DNA of 64,000 nt from positions 24,887 to 88,886 of IMG/VR virus record IMGVR_UViG_3300030433_002124, one strand, 5' to 3'. The notes below the pieces were generated by a model. The model was not told the DNA's origin. It saw only the letters and a list, made by a program, of their open reading frames with translations, and did not search any database. A program made the translations under genes and the position numbers. This document shows positions 42,190 through 51,535 of this stretch, in pieces (the first letter of the stretch is position 1; every line of letters begins with the position of its first letter). Source of the stretch: a virus (taxonomy: Duplodnaviria > Caudoviricetes).

Positions 42190-43200
42190 TTATTTAGAAA
42201 TTTCAGCAGCTAAACGATCATTTTGAGCCAGTTCGGCTTCAAGATCACTTATTTGCTTTCTTTTAGCTTCCTCATATGCTTTCAAATCTTTTTTCATAGA
42301 TTGAGCATTGAATTCACTATAATCAGACTCTAGATATACATTCTCGTTCTCACCATTACTAATAGCAATAGGAAAATATTCACAGCATCTCATTTTAGTG
42401 TTATTGTAATCTGATGGCACTGCCACCACATTACGAGGACTTACTAATACTTCAAGTATCACACCGTCACCATACCCAAAGTCATGAACATATTCCATAG
42501 ATCCCACGTGTAATCCATGAGAACATGTTTGACTCGGATCAGGGTCACACTCTTCTCTTGGCATTGTAATAGGCTGACCTACTTTAATTACCATTCCATG
42601 AGCGCCACTATGATAAGGTGCAAAAGTTAATGATTGAGTATATTTCTGCTCTTGTTCGCCAGTGTCTTCATTGTACTGAAACTGAACAATTTCTTCCCCA
42701 GTCTTTTTATCATACTTTGACTTAACTTTACAGGCTTTATACGCAAGAAAATACCCTTTGTCTGTTATCGGATGGCCATTATGCTCTAGAAAGCTATATA
42801 ATTGCTTTCTAACAGCTTTATCCGGATTTAATAACAGATGCTTCCAGAAATTAATTAAACCTTCTAAAGGAATATCTTCCTCCATCCATTTCATTAATTT
42901 CTTTGCTAAAAAGTTTGGTATAGGATCAGTAGTACCTTTAAGATACATTTTCCTACCACCATCAAATTCAAATCTACCATCGGTTTTACTTTGAATTCGG
43001 TGCCCAGGAGTTAGCAATTCCTGAACTTTACCTATTATGGCATTTCGTTCATCATTATCTCTAGATTTATTATAATTTTCTGCTAATTTAATAACTTTAT
43101 CAGCTTCAGAGAAGCTTCTAGAAATACTTTTTGGTAGTCCATCGATAATGACCTGAACGTGGTCTTTATCAACTTTACAGACTAAATAACTATTATTCAT
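42190..43200 (-). CDS. rIIB: rIIB-like protein
   Basis: NFWKHLLLNP, LYSFLEH, ITDKGYFLAYK, MPREECDPDP..TCSHGLHVGS..Y, V.PRNVVAVPSDY..KMRCCEY; follows rIIA. Confidence 0.85.
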   Translation of the reverse strand: MNNSYLVCKVDKDHVQVIIDGLPKSISRSFSEADKVIKLAENYNKSRDNDERNAIIGKVQELLTPGHRIQSKTDGRFEFDGGRKMYLKGTTDPIPNFLAKKLMKWMEEDIPLEGLINFWKHLLLNPDKAVRKQLYSFLEHNGHPITDKGYFLAYKACKVKSKYDKKTGEEIVQFQYNEDTGEQEQKYTQSLTFAPYHSGAHGMVIKVGQPITMPREECDPDPSQTCSHGLHVGSMEYVHDFGYGDGVILEVLVSPRNVVAVPSDYNNTKMRCCEYFPIAISNGENENVYLESDYSEFNAQSMKKDLKAYEEAKRKQISDLEAELAQNDRLAAEISK

Positions 43201-45662
43201 TTTTTTACTTTATTTAATTTTTTAAACTTAACCGTCTTTTTATTCTTACTTTTTAGATAAGCTCTTAATGATAAAAACAATTCTTTATTATTAATATTGT
43301 TTTGATCAGTTTTTGCTTGAACTTGTCCTAAATTTTGAATAATTTCTAGGTCTTTGGCATACTCTTCTAATTCGATTAAAACTTCTAAAGCTTTATGATC
43401 TACACAGTCATACTTTTTACACATATCCATCAAAGCTTCTCGTTCGGTGTATCCCAAACTTCTAAATTGATTATAGTAATTAGTATGCAATTTATGCAAT
43501 TTTCTCCACTTATGAAAGAGATCTTCATTAAGAGTTTTAAATATTTGAAACATATTAATATCTTCAACTCTTTCCTTAATTAGATGAGCAGTATACCATC
43601 TTTTTACAATATGATGTCCCATTTCAAATAATTGATTAACATTAATAAATTCACTTAATTCATCCTTAATACTATTAGCAACTTTCAGTATAACTACACC
43701 ATCATGCTTATAATACTTTTTACGCTTCTCTTCATCAGCTTCAAAAGAAAATGTATGACTTGGATATTCTACTGAATATTGATTATAAGCATCTTCACCT
43801 TGTCTACAGATTTGACCAACAGCTTTAAGTAAATCATTATCCTTAGAATTACCATAAATAATAATACCACCCTTATCTTTGTAATTACCCATGGTTTCAC
43901 CATCGGTTTCTATATTACAAAATTTAGGATTATGAGCATTATCTTGATAATATCTTCTACAAAATAATTTACCTAATCTCTTTCTTCTTGCCTGATCTGT
44001 TTCAAACTCACCCATATTCTCTAACTCTTCTTCATTAGTTACAATAACATCATCATACATTTTAAATTTATGTTTACAACCATCAATTAGTTTGCACATA
44101 ATATTATAATCAGATATTATAACTTCAGGTTCTCTAGACTCTAATTTAGTATTCCATAAATCATAATCTTTTTCAGAATCAATTACTTTTTGATCACATC
44201 TATTCTTTCTTAATTGAATATATTTACCAGTAGAAGTTTCAGCTATATGATTAAGAATAGTAATATCTTTAGGCTTCCTAAATGTTTTAGTAGGCTTATC
44301 AGAACCATCTTCTTTCTTTTCATATACCTGCTCTTGATAATATACAGGATATTTTAAGAAATCTTCCCACTCAGTTGCTTTCTTAGAAACCTTAAAACCA
44401 CCAGAATAATTATGATGAGTTTCTTTACTAACAGTAGCAATAGTAAAACCCATAAATAATTTTTCTATAGCCTTATCTTGTAAAGGGTTTATACTTAAAG
44501 CGCCAAGAAATTCCATCCTAACATCTTTTTGAGTTAAGTCAGCAAGATGAGATCTTACTTCAAATGTACTATTCCAATTACGTCCATAGTAATTTCTGTT
44601 ACTTTTCTTAATCGAAGTAGCCATTTTAATCCAATGTAAGAAATCAGTAGCATTCTTTAATTCTCTATTACAATCATATATACAACTTTTTCTAACTTCT
44701 TCAAATTTAGCTTTAATAGCTGCTTTAGTTCTATCAGTATATCGAATATTCTCTCTTGATGGAACCAAATCAATTTCACCAATAGCAAATTTAAGAGCAG
44801 CAGGAGCACGATCTTCATTTATACCATCTAATTGATTAAAATCTAATGGATATCTTACTCTTCCAACTACACAATGTAAATCTTTATCAATCTCAGTATT
44901 TTCTAGTCCTAAAGCTACAATTAAATGTTCATCTTCATAGTCAATCTTAACACCACTTATATGAGCACCAAGACCTTCGTCTACATTTAGATATTCTATA
45001 CCATCAAAATATAATAATTGCTGTTCTATAGACTTTCTAAACGTTCTAAGGTCTTTATCCTCTTGTATAGGGATAATTACTTCAGTAGAGTTTAAATCCT
45101 CTGTAGGGCTTGATTTAATCATATCCATATGAAATGCATCATTACCTTTATATAGCATATAAGAATATTTAATACCATTATGATTTGCTATAATATAAAA
45201 TGTATTAGTATATGAAAATGGAGATTTAGCACCGATACCAAATCCACCAATTTGTAAATTATTATCTCTTTTAGTTGAATTACCAAACATAGTGTAGATA
45301 GTTTCTACTCTTTTTTGACTTAATCCAATACCAAAATCTCTAAATATCATTGCATTACCAATACCTAATAATATATTCTCTTCTTGAAATTCTATTTGAG
45401 GACATTTATTGTCAGGATGCCACCATTTAGGATCATCTTCATGAGTACTAGGAATAGTCTTCATTCTTTTAAGACGCTTCTCTCTATGTGCATCATAACA
45501 ATTAGATGTTACCTCTCTTACTATAGAACCTATAGGATCAGAATATAAATTAATTAATGAATCGATGATAATTCCCATAGAATCTTCACCGATCTTAAAT
45601 TTATTGGTTTTCATTTCATCACCAATAATTTTTTCTACGCTTTTTTCTCTGTTTATTTCCAT
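43197..45662 (-). CDS. rIIA: rIIA-like protein with N-terminal GHKL ATPase
   Basis: LYSDPIGSIVREVTSNCYDAH, RDFGIGL, STKRDNNLQIGGFGIGAKSPFSY and EIDLVPSRE. Confidence 0.85.
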   Translation of the reverse strand: MEINREKSVEKIIGDEMKTNKFKIGEDSMGIIIDSLINLYSDPIGSIVREVTSNCYDAHREKRLKRMKTIPSTHEDDPKWWHPDNKCPQIEFQEENILLGIGNAMIFRDFGIGLSQKRVETIYTMFGNSTKRDNNLQIGGFGIGAKSPFSYTNTFYIIANHNGIKYSYMLYKGNDAFHMDMIKSSPTEDLNSTEVIIPIQEDKDLRTFRKSIEQQLLYFDGIEYLNVDEGLGAHISGVKIDYEDEHLIVALGLENTEIDKDLHCVVGRVRYPLDFNQLDGINEDRAPAALKFAIGEIDLVPSRENIRYTDRTKAAIKAKFEEVRKSCIYDCNRELKNATDFLHWIKMATSIKKSNRNYYGRNWNSTFEVRSHLADLTQKDVRMEFLGALSINPLQDKAIEKLFMGFTIATVSKETHHNYSGGFKVSKKATEWEDFLKYPVYYQEQVYEKKEDGSDKPTKTFRKPKDITILNHIAETSTGKYIQLRKNRCDQKVIDSEKDYDLWNTKLESREPEVIISDYNIMCKLIDGCKHKFKMYDDVIVTNEEELENMGEFETDQARRKRLGKLFCRRYYQDNAHNPKFCNIETDGETMGNYKDKGGIIIYGNSKDNDLLKAVGQICRQGEDAYNQYSVEYPSHTFSFEADEEKRKKYYKHDGVVILKVANSIKDELSEFINVNQLFEMGHHIVKRWYTAHLIKERVEDINMFQIFKTLNEDLFHKWRKLHKLHTNYYNQFRSLGYTEREALMDMCKKYDCVDHKALEVLIELEEYAKDLEIIQNLGQVQAKTDQNNINNKELFLSLRAYLKSKNKKTVKFKKLNKVKK

Positions 45663-46669
45663 GCGTTTATTAATTTATCTATTAAACATTTTGTTTCTTC
45701 ACTTGTATGAGATTTTCTATAATCAGATATATCTTTAAATCCATTTGATCTTGTTTTAAAATTTTGTAGAAATATAGGTTTAAAACCATATATTTTCCTT
45801 AACTTATTAGCGCCTCTTACGCCAGTATAGTCAAAATCATTTAAAATATAAATATCATTGAATCTCTCATATAATTCACGAGTAACAGTATCTTTAATAT
45901 TAGCAATTTCATTTTGTAGGGCTACACTTATGTAACCTAATGTTCTTAATACCATAACATCTTTTAATGCTTTAGTAATAATTAACATATTACCTGTTCT
46001 AGGTAATTGATCCCATCCTTGAAAAATAGTTCTATTAGTATTGCTCATCCATTTGTATCCTGTTAAAGATAACGGACGATAAATTTTCCATGTATATTCT
46101 TCATCCTTATAAAATAAATAACCATAAATAGGATTATTATTTACATAAGTAGCGACTGTATTGTCACCTACAAATACACATTTACAAGAAAATACATTAT
46201 ATACTTTAAGTAAATTCTCGTCAATACCATATTGACTCCAATAATGCTTATCTACAAAAGTAAACTTTTGTGTTTTTACATTTATTGATTTCTTAGGAGT
46301 AAAATTTAATTGCTTTATATCAGTTTGATAACCTTTATACTCTTTTGTTTTATAACCATATTGGCTATACATTAGTTCTAGGTTAAAGTCTTTGTTTATT
46401 TGAATTAATGCATCGAAGAAATTTATACCAAATTTCTTTTGTATGAAATTAAAACAATCACCAGACTCACCAGTACCAAAATCTTTATATCTAATAACTC
46501 CTCTTCGATCTACAAACAATGAAAAGCTAGGCTTGTCATCTTGTCTAAAAGGACTACTCATTACTATACCGGATTTAAAATCACGGCCTATATAATAACT
46601 AAAGATTTGATATTCACTAATTTTATTTAGTATAGCCTCTTTGGATAATTGAATATTAATTTTATACAT
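45653..46669 (-). CDS. dnaG: DNA primase (crAss-like DnaG, TOPRIM)
   Basis: SPFRQDDKPSFS, YKDFGTGESGDCF, IITKALKDVMVL, NDFDYTG and KDISDY. Confidence 0.8.
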   Translation of the reverse strand: MYKINIQLSKEAILNKISEYQIFSYYIGRDFKSGIVMSSPFRQDDKPSFSLFVDRRGVIRYKDFGTGESGDCFNFIQKKFGINFFDALIQINKDFNLELMYSQYGYKTKEYKGYQTDIKQLNFTPKKSINVKTQKFTFVDKHYWSQYGIDENLLKVYNVFSCKCVFVGDNTVATYVNNNPIYGYLFYKDEEYTWKIYRPLSLTGYKWMSNTNRTIFQGWDQLPRTGNMLIITKALKDVMVLRTLGYISVALQNEIANIKDTVTRELYERFNDIYILNDFDYTGVRGANKLRKIYGFKPIFLQNFKTRSNGFKDISDYRKSHTSEETKCLIDKLINAWK

Positions 46670-46689
46670 ATCTTTAATATTTTTAAATT

Positions 46690-46795
46690 TCCAAAAAGAA
46701 AAGGGAGGAGCTATAAATAAACCACTTTATCGCTCCTTGATCGCTAAACGCGTTATGTCAGCGCGTCATCACCGCGAGGAACTTCTCCTCCCCTA
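46690..46795 (-). terminator. Terminator-like stem enclosing a structured insert
   Basis: GGGAGGAG/CTCCTCCC arms (46703-46710, 46785-46792) followed by TTTTCTTTTT on the - strand, directly after the SSB-like gene. Confidence 0.6.
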
Positions 46796-46811
46796 TCTCA
46801 AATCATATTAC

Positions 46812-47381
46812 CTAGAAAGGTAAACCAGATTCTGCAGGCTGCTCTGCTGCACCATTTGATGCAGTAGAAGTTAATGTAGCAGGATTATCTGCTTCATCTT
46901 TTTCCATTTTATCGAAACTTGTTATATTTAACTTAGTTGGATCAGTATCCATAGTTTCAACAAAAGGAACATATTTAGGAATAGATACATAATTATTGTA
47001 ACTATAAACAGTTTTAACTCTTAGTTTTTTACCAACATAAGAATTACCGAGTAAAGTAATAACTGTTTTACCAAAATTCTCGAAAGAATCTGCATTAATA
47101 ATTATTTTCTCTTCTCCCATAAATTTAGTTAGGATATGTTTTACTCTCTTCATTTGAGATTGTAATTTCTTTTCCCAACCTTCGTTGTTTGTGTCTATTG
47201 GCCATTCAAAATGATTTAATGAAGCACCTCCTTCTGATTTAAAAGTAAACTTTAAAAAGGCATTACCATTACTAGCAGTGTCAACACTTACACCCGTCAT
47301 TTCTACATTCTCCGTTATACCTAACGGGAATACTGAGGTAGACGATCCCTCTGACTTAACGTCTTGATTAATTTGATACAT
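46812..47381 (-). CDS. Single-stranded DNA-binding protein (OB-fold, crAss-like)
   Basis: 189 aa with a flexible acidic tail ending LPF; located next to an AAA ATPase and primase. Confidence 0.6.
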   Translation of the reverse strand: MYQINQDVKSEGSSTSVFPLGITENVEMTGVSVDTASNGNAFLKFTFKSEGGASLNHFEWPIDTNNEGWEKKLQSQMKRVKHILTKFMGEEKIIINADSFENFGKTVITLLGNSYVGKKLRVKTVYSYNNYVSIPKYVPFVETMDTDPTKLNITSFDKMEKDEADNPATLTSTASNGAAEQPAESGLPF

Positions 47382-47403
47382 AAATTTAATTTTAATCGAT
47401 TAA

Positions 47404-48075
47404 TTATTCATTATAGTACTTTCCCATTTCTGTTTTAATAGAACGTAAACAGTTAGGAATTAAATAGTCCGCAAACATACCTTCAGGTGATTTCGCAGTT
47501 GAAACACCATCAGATTGAGTTTGGAACATATATTCGTTCTTTCCTTTACCATCAGATTTAACTTCAGTAAATAAAACAACGCTTGACATAGACTCTAAAA
47601 CAATACGATCTAATTGTTTTCCAGCTGTCATTACCTTCTTATATTGAGCACCCATATCAGTATAACCCTCTTCCGAGTGTGCTAATACAAATACATCAAT
47701 ATCATCAGGTAATATTTGATTTATGATAGTAAATACATCGTAAATACCACCAGATAATTGAGTCCACTTTTCGAAACCTTTAATATGTCTCTCTCCCATT
47801 ACTTTATCTGTCATCATACGATTAATTGTATCTATAATAACAGTTTTAATGTGAGGAGCCTTTTCAGGTATAGCTTTCAAAATATTACATACTTCTACTA
47901 AAGATGATACTTTAGAATAATTCTTATTTTCTTTAGAATAATTCTTTTTCCATCCTTTAAAAGGTAATGCTTTTTGATCACTATTTATATAAAAAGTGCT
48001 TTTAGGATCCAAATTTCTAGTAGAGGTGGACTTGCCGGATCCAGACTTTCCACATACAATAACTAAATTCGCCAT
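47404..48075 (-). CDS. AAA/RecA-superfamily ATPase (Sak4-like)
   Basis: Walker A GKSGSGKST, Walker B VIIDT, and TQSDGVSTAKSPEGMF. Confidence 0.8.
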   Translation of the reverse strand: MANLVIVCGKSGSGKSTSTRNLDPKSTFYINSDQKALPFKGWKKNYSKENKNYSKVSSLVEVCNILKAIPEKAPHIKTVIIDTINRMMTDKVMGERHIKGFEKWTQLSGGIYDVFTIINQILPDDIDVFVLAHSEEGYTDMGAQYKKVMTAGKQLDRIVLESMSSVVLFTEVKSDGKGKNEYMFQTQSDGVSTAKSPEGMFADYLIPNCLRSIKTEMGKYYNE

Positions 48076-48076
48076 A

Positions 48077-48448
48077 TTATTTTTCTTTTAATATATAAAA
48101 CCCTAATTTTAAATAATTCATTGCATCAGCAAATCTACCATCAATACTTTCTGCTTGCGGGATCGTAGGATCCTTAGCATAAGACATAATAGCAGATACA
48201 TGTTTATAAAAATAAACACTCCAAGCTTGCATAGGAGTTGTTCCGCTCAACTCTGCAGCTTTTCTAAAATTTGCTAACACATCGCCATTAGCTTGAGTAT
48301 AGCCGGGTCTTTTAGCATCCTCAATATTTTTAGCTAATTCTTCTAATTGTTTTACACAATTATCATAATCTTTTCCATTATGATAAGTTACTTCCATATC
48401 TCCATCAACACTGGTATGATATGTTTCTTTATTCCACAGTTTTGTCAT
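48077..48448 (-). CDS. All-alpha NTP pyrophosphohydrolase-like / nucleotide-modification-associated small protein
   Basis: DVLANFRKAAE...VYFYKHVSAI...RFADAMNYL helical pattern. Confidence 0.5.
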   Translation of the reverse strand: MTKLWNKETYHTSVDGDMEVTYHNGKDYDNCVKQLEELAKNIEDAKRPGYTQANGDVLANFRKAAELSGTTPMQAWSVYFYKHVSAIMSYAKDPTIPQAESIDGRFADAMNYLKLGFYILKEK

Positions 48449-49418
48449 CTGAATTCATTTTATAATTAACACTTTCATTTGTAAAATCAACTACACGATT
48501 ATACATTAATTCATTTTTCATTTTAGCAATACAAGGTTTACCCTCTCTTACTTTTAGAAAATGCCAAAATAATGCTCCAGCAGTAGTCCAAGCTTTTGGT
48601 CCATAAGTTTCTAATCCTAATTGTTCAGGATTCATAGATACCATAACCAAATCTGAAAACATATATACTGAATCACCACCAAATAAATCTTTCTTTTTAG
48701 GAAATTGTTGAGATGGTTCAGTAACACGATCTGCTTGTTCTATCTCTCTGTTTAATTGAGATAAAAATACAAATGCTATTTTATATTTTTTCTTTAATGC
48801 ATTAGCCATTACCATTAGTTCAACTAATACAAGTCTCTCCATTTCATTAGCCTTACCTCTAACAAGAATAGTATGATCTAACATAATAACTACTCCTCTA
48901 TCTTGATTCTCTTCTGTTGTAGCAAAATGTTCTATAGTATTTTTAATTAATTCAACTGTACCAGGCATTTCTACATACCATATAGGAAATTGAGTAATTT
49001 CTTTACTTGTTGATAATACTTTATAATAAGCAGCATCAGATAATTGATATCCTTCTATACCACTATGTAATTTTCTTGTTGTTGTATTTAATGCACTAGA
49101 AAATTTACGACTCACTAATTGTCGAGCTAGCATCTCGAAATTAAATGATAATACTGCAAATTTTTCTTCTTTATTTAATAGAAACAATTCTGTTTCTAAT
49201 TGGTTGATAATAGCTGTTTTACCACTACCTGACATACCCGCTATTGTATGTATAGTGTTCCATTCTATTCCATCCATACTCACATGATTATATTTAGACC
49301 ATGGAGTTCTTAAGGATTTAATTAATCCTTTTCTTCTATCATCAATATACTGAACAGCATCAAATGCTGCTTTCTTTATACTTGTATATTGCAATCTTGG
49401 TTTATTTATTTGTGTCAT
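48429..49418 (-). CDS. dnaB: DnaB-like replicative helicase (ATPase domain only)
   Basis: IAGMSGSGKT, FNFEM, IMLDH and LSQLNRE motifs. Confidence 0.85.
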   Translation of the reverse strand: MTQINKPRLQYTSIKKAAFDAVQYIDDRRKGLIKSLRTPWSKYNHVSMDGIEWNTIHTIAGMSGSGKTAIINQLETELFLLNKEEKFAVLSFNFEMLARQLVSRKFSSALNTTTRKLHSGIEGYQLSDAAYYKVLSTSKEITQFPIWYVEMPGTVELIKNTIEHFATTEENQDRGVVIMLDHTILVRGKANEMERLVLVELMVMANALKKKYKIAFVFLSQLNREIEQADRVTEPSQQFPKKKDLFGGDSVYMFSDLVMVSMNPEQLGLETYGPKAWTTAGALFWHFLKVREGKPCIAKMKNELMYNRVVDFTNESVNYKMNSDDKTVE

Positions 49419-50002
49419 ATTAAATCTTCGCCATATTTAGCATCGCTAGTAGATGTATTAACTTCAGCTTCAAGAAAACTAGCATAAGCATCCCAAGCAT
49501 TTTTATTTAAATAGGTTTCTAAAGCATGCATATATGCCATATTACCTCCACGAGTTCTTAACTCGACTTCTTTCTTTAAACAAGCAAGAATATATTGGTG
49601 AGTTAAAGGATTACCTTTTACAATTCTATCGTATTTTTGTTTACATACAATAGCAGCTTTAGCTGATAAGCTAGAAGGTCTTAATACTCTTACTGATCTA
49701 CCATTATATACCTTAACAGGATATTCATTAAATAATTCAGTAAAATAAGATTCTTCTATTCCTAATAATTTTCTCACTTTATCTCTTGCAAGAGTTATAC
49801 AAGTTAAAGGATTTTGTGGATCACAAGATAATATATATCCCTGATCCACTAATCCTTGAACTTCCTTTCTAGCAAATCCATATAGATTTACATACTTTAC
49901 AAATAAATCAACTTTGTTCTCAAATAGTAAATTTAACATTACATATTGAGACGCGGTAAGTTTGTTCTTGATCAATCCAAGAACATTGATTTCTATATTC
50001 AT
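49415..50002 (-). CDS. Replication initiator/helicase loader-like protein
   Basis: Winged-helix-like N-terminus and FTELFNEYPVK...ETYLNKNAW C-terminus; coupled to the helicase gene. Confidence 0.5.
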   Translation of the reverse strand: MNIEINVLGLIKNKLTASQYVMLNLLFENKVDLFVKYVNLYGFARKEVQGLVDQGYILSCDPQNPLTCITLARDKVRKLLGIEESYFTELFNEYPVKVYNGRSVRVLRPSSLSAKAAIVCKQKYDRIVKGNPLTHQYILACLKKEVELRTRGGNMAYMHALETYLNKNAWDAYASFLEAEVNTSTSDAKYGEDLI

Positions 50003-50061
50003 ATCGGGAAATTTTTTGAGTTATAAAGATAATTAATTTATAGTTTATATGCAACTATTTA

Positions 50062-51072
50062 TTAGAAAATATAACGTATTTTATTCCAAGGAATTACTCT
50101 GTTATGTAGCCTAATAAATTGATCTATAAACTGTCTTTTTAAGCCAGATCTATATCTAAGATTTCTTCCTCCATATTGAGAAGTTTTAAACTCTTGCTCA
50201 TTAGGTTTCCATAAATCATTTTCTGCTTTAGGATTCTGTGCAAGATTATAAGTATGTCTGTTTTCATTATGTGTTAAAAATATACACTCTGCTAAAACTT
50301 CACTTTTATAATCTACATAATCATTCATCATATTAAATAATTCTTCATAATCATCTAACCATTTATCATAAACTATGATAGGAGAATAATTAACATGCAC
50401 GTCATATCCTGCATCAATAAAAGCATTAATTGCTTTTATACGATCTATAATCTTAGACGTGTTAGGCTCATGTATATCAGCTTTACACTGTGGCATGAGA
50501 CTAAATCTAATCCTAATTTTACCTTTAGGATCAAATGATATTAGATCTGGGTTTACATATTTAGTTGCAAAACTACCCATTGCTGTATCATGATCTCTAA
50601 AGAACTTAAATATTTTACGCCACTCGTGATGTTTAGCATGAAGAGCAAAATCTTCATTACAACTAATATCATAAGTGATGTACTTTTTATGTGTTTGATT
50701 AGGTTTACTTATTTCCATTGGAGCAAACCAAGCATGCTTGTTTATTTCTGATAATATATCTTCTGTATTTGTAGCGATAGACAAACCACTAGGTTTATTA
50801 CGCTTCATATAACAATAAGAACAATTATATAAACAGCCATGACCAAAGCTAGGAGATATGTAATCTGTAGATCGACCAGATAATCTAATTTTAAAAGATT
50901 TTCTTTTGACTTTTTCTACATTTACTATAGGTTTAATTTTTTTATAACTTGTAATTAACTGACTACCAATAGTATAGACCTTCTTCTCAAGAAGTCTGCC
51001 TTTATACTCATAGTAATCTTGTATTGCTTCATAAGGTACCCCGTTAATACCTTCATCCCATATTTTAGCCAT
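50062..51072 (-). CDS. splB: Spore photoproduct lyase-like radical SAM enzyme
   Basis: CxxxCxxC as GCLYNCSYCY, DISCNEDF (Cys at the position of the SPL H-donor Cys), FATKYVNPDL, RIRFSLMP, and AGYDVHVNYSPII. Confidence 0.8.
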   Translation of the reverse strand: MAKIWDEGINGVPYEAIQDYYEYKGRLLEKKVYTIGSQLITSYKKIKPIVNVEKVKRKSFKIRLSGRSTDYISPSFGHGCLYNCSYCYMKRNKPSGLSIATNTEDILSEINKHAWFAPMEISKPNQTHKKYITYDISCNEDFALHAKHHEWRKIFKFFRDHDTAMGSFATKYVNPDLISFDPKGKIRIRFSLMPQCKADIHEPNTSKIIDRIKAINAFIDAGYDVHVNYSPIIVYDKWLDDYEELFNMMNDYVDYKSEVLAECIFLTHNENRHTYNLAQNPKAENDLWKPNEQEFKTSQYGGRNLRYRSGLKRQFIDQFIRLHNRVIPWNKIRYIF

Positions 51073-51535
51073 CTTTATTTAGTATTAATTTTTTTAAATT
51101 TAACACGTCCTCTAGCTTGAAACGTGTCGTAAGAGCTTCAGTCATATTTACTTGTTCAGTACTCCATTCGTACACTTTACCAGCATATACCAAACAATAA
51201 GATGGTACAACTATAGTATCTTCTACAAATGCTTTACCTTTGTTAGTTACTCTCCAATGACCGTTTTTGTCAGGATTAACTTCTATAAACTTCCACTTTT
51301 CTAAATAAGTATAATCCATAGCAGTCGCTCTTAATCCTAAAAGAGTAAATTCATTTTGTACATGTATATACATGTCACTATTTTTTGTTCTAGCATATAT
51401 AATAGCTAACGCTCTACACATATTAGAATTCAACTTTCGTTTATAAGCCTTAACCAACTGCCCACAAGCGGGACAGTTAGTTCCAGACTCATAATGTTTA
51501 CGAAGATGATCCTTGGCTTCAAGAATTGTTTTCAT
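51065..51535 (-). CDS. Zn-knuckle/winged-helix hypothetical protein
   Basis: CPACG followed by GHWRVTNKGKAF. Start at MKTILE (51535) or MNMK (51541) is more plausible than 51562. Confidence 0.55.
   Translation of the reverse strand: MKTILEAKDHLRKHYESGTNCPACGQLVKAYKRKLNSNMCRALAIIYARTKNSDMYIHVQNEFTLLGLRATAMDYTYLEKWKFIEVNPDKNGHWRVTNKGKAFVEDTIVVPSYCLVYAGKVYEWSTEQVNMTEALTTRFKLEDVLNLKKLILNKDG

Noticed and set aside
46757-46772. TIGR-like array
   Set aside because: Only one box C/D unit, no tandem periodicity and no Nop-domain gene in the window.
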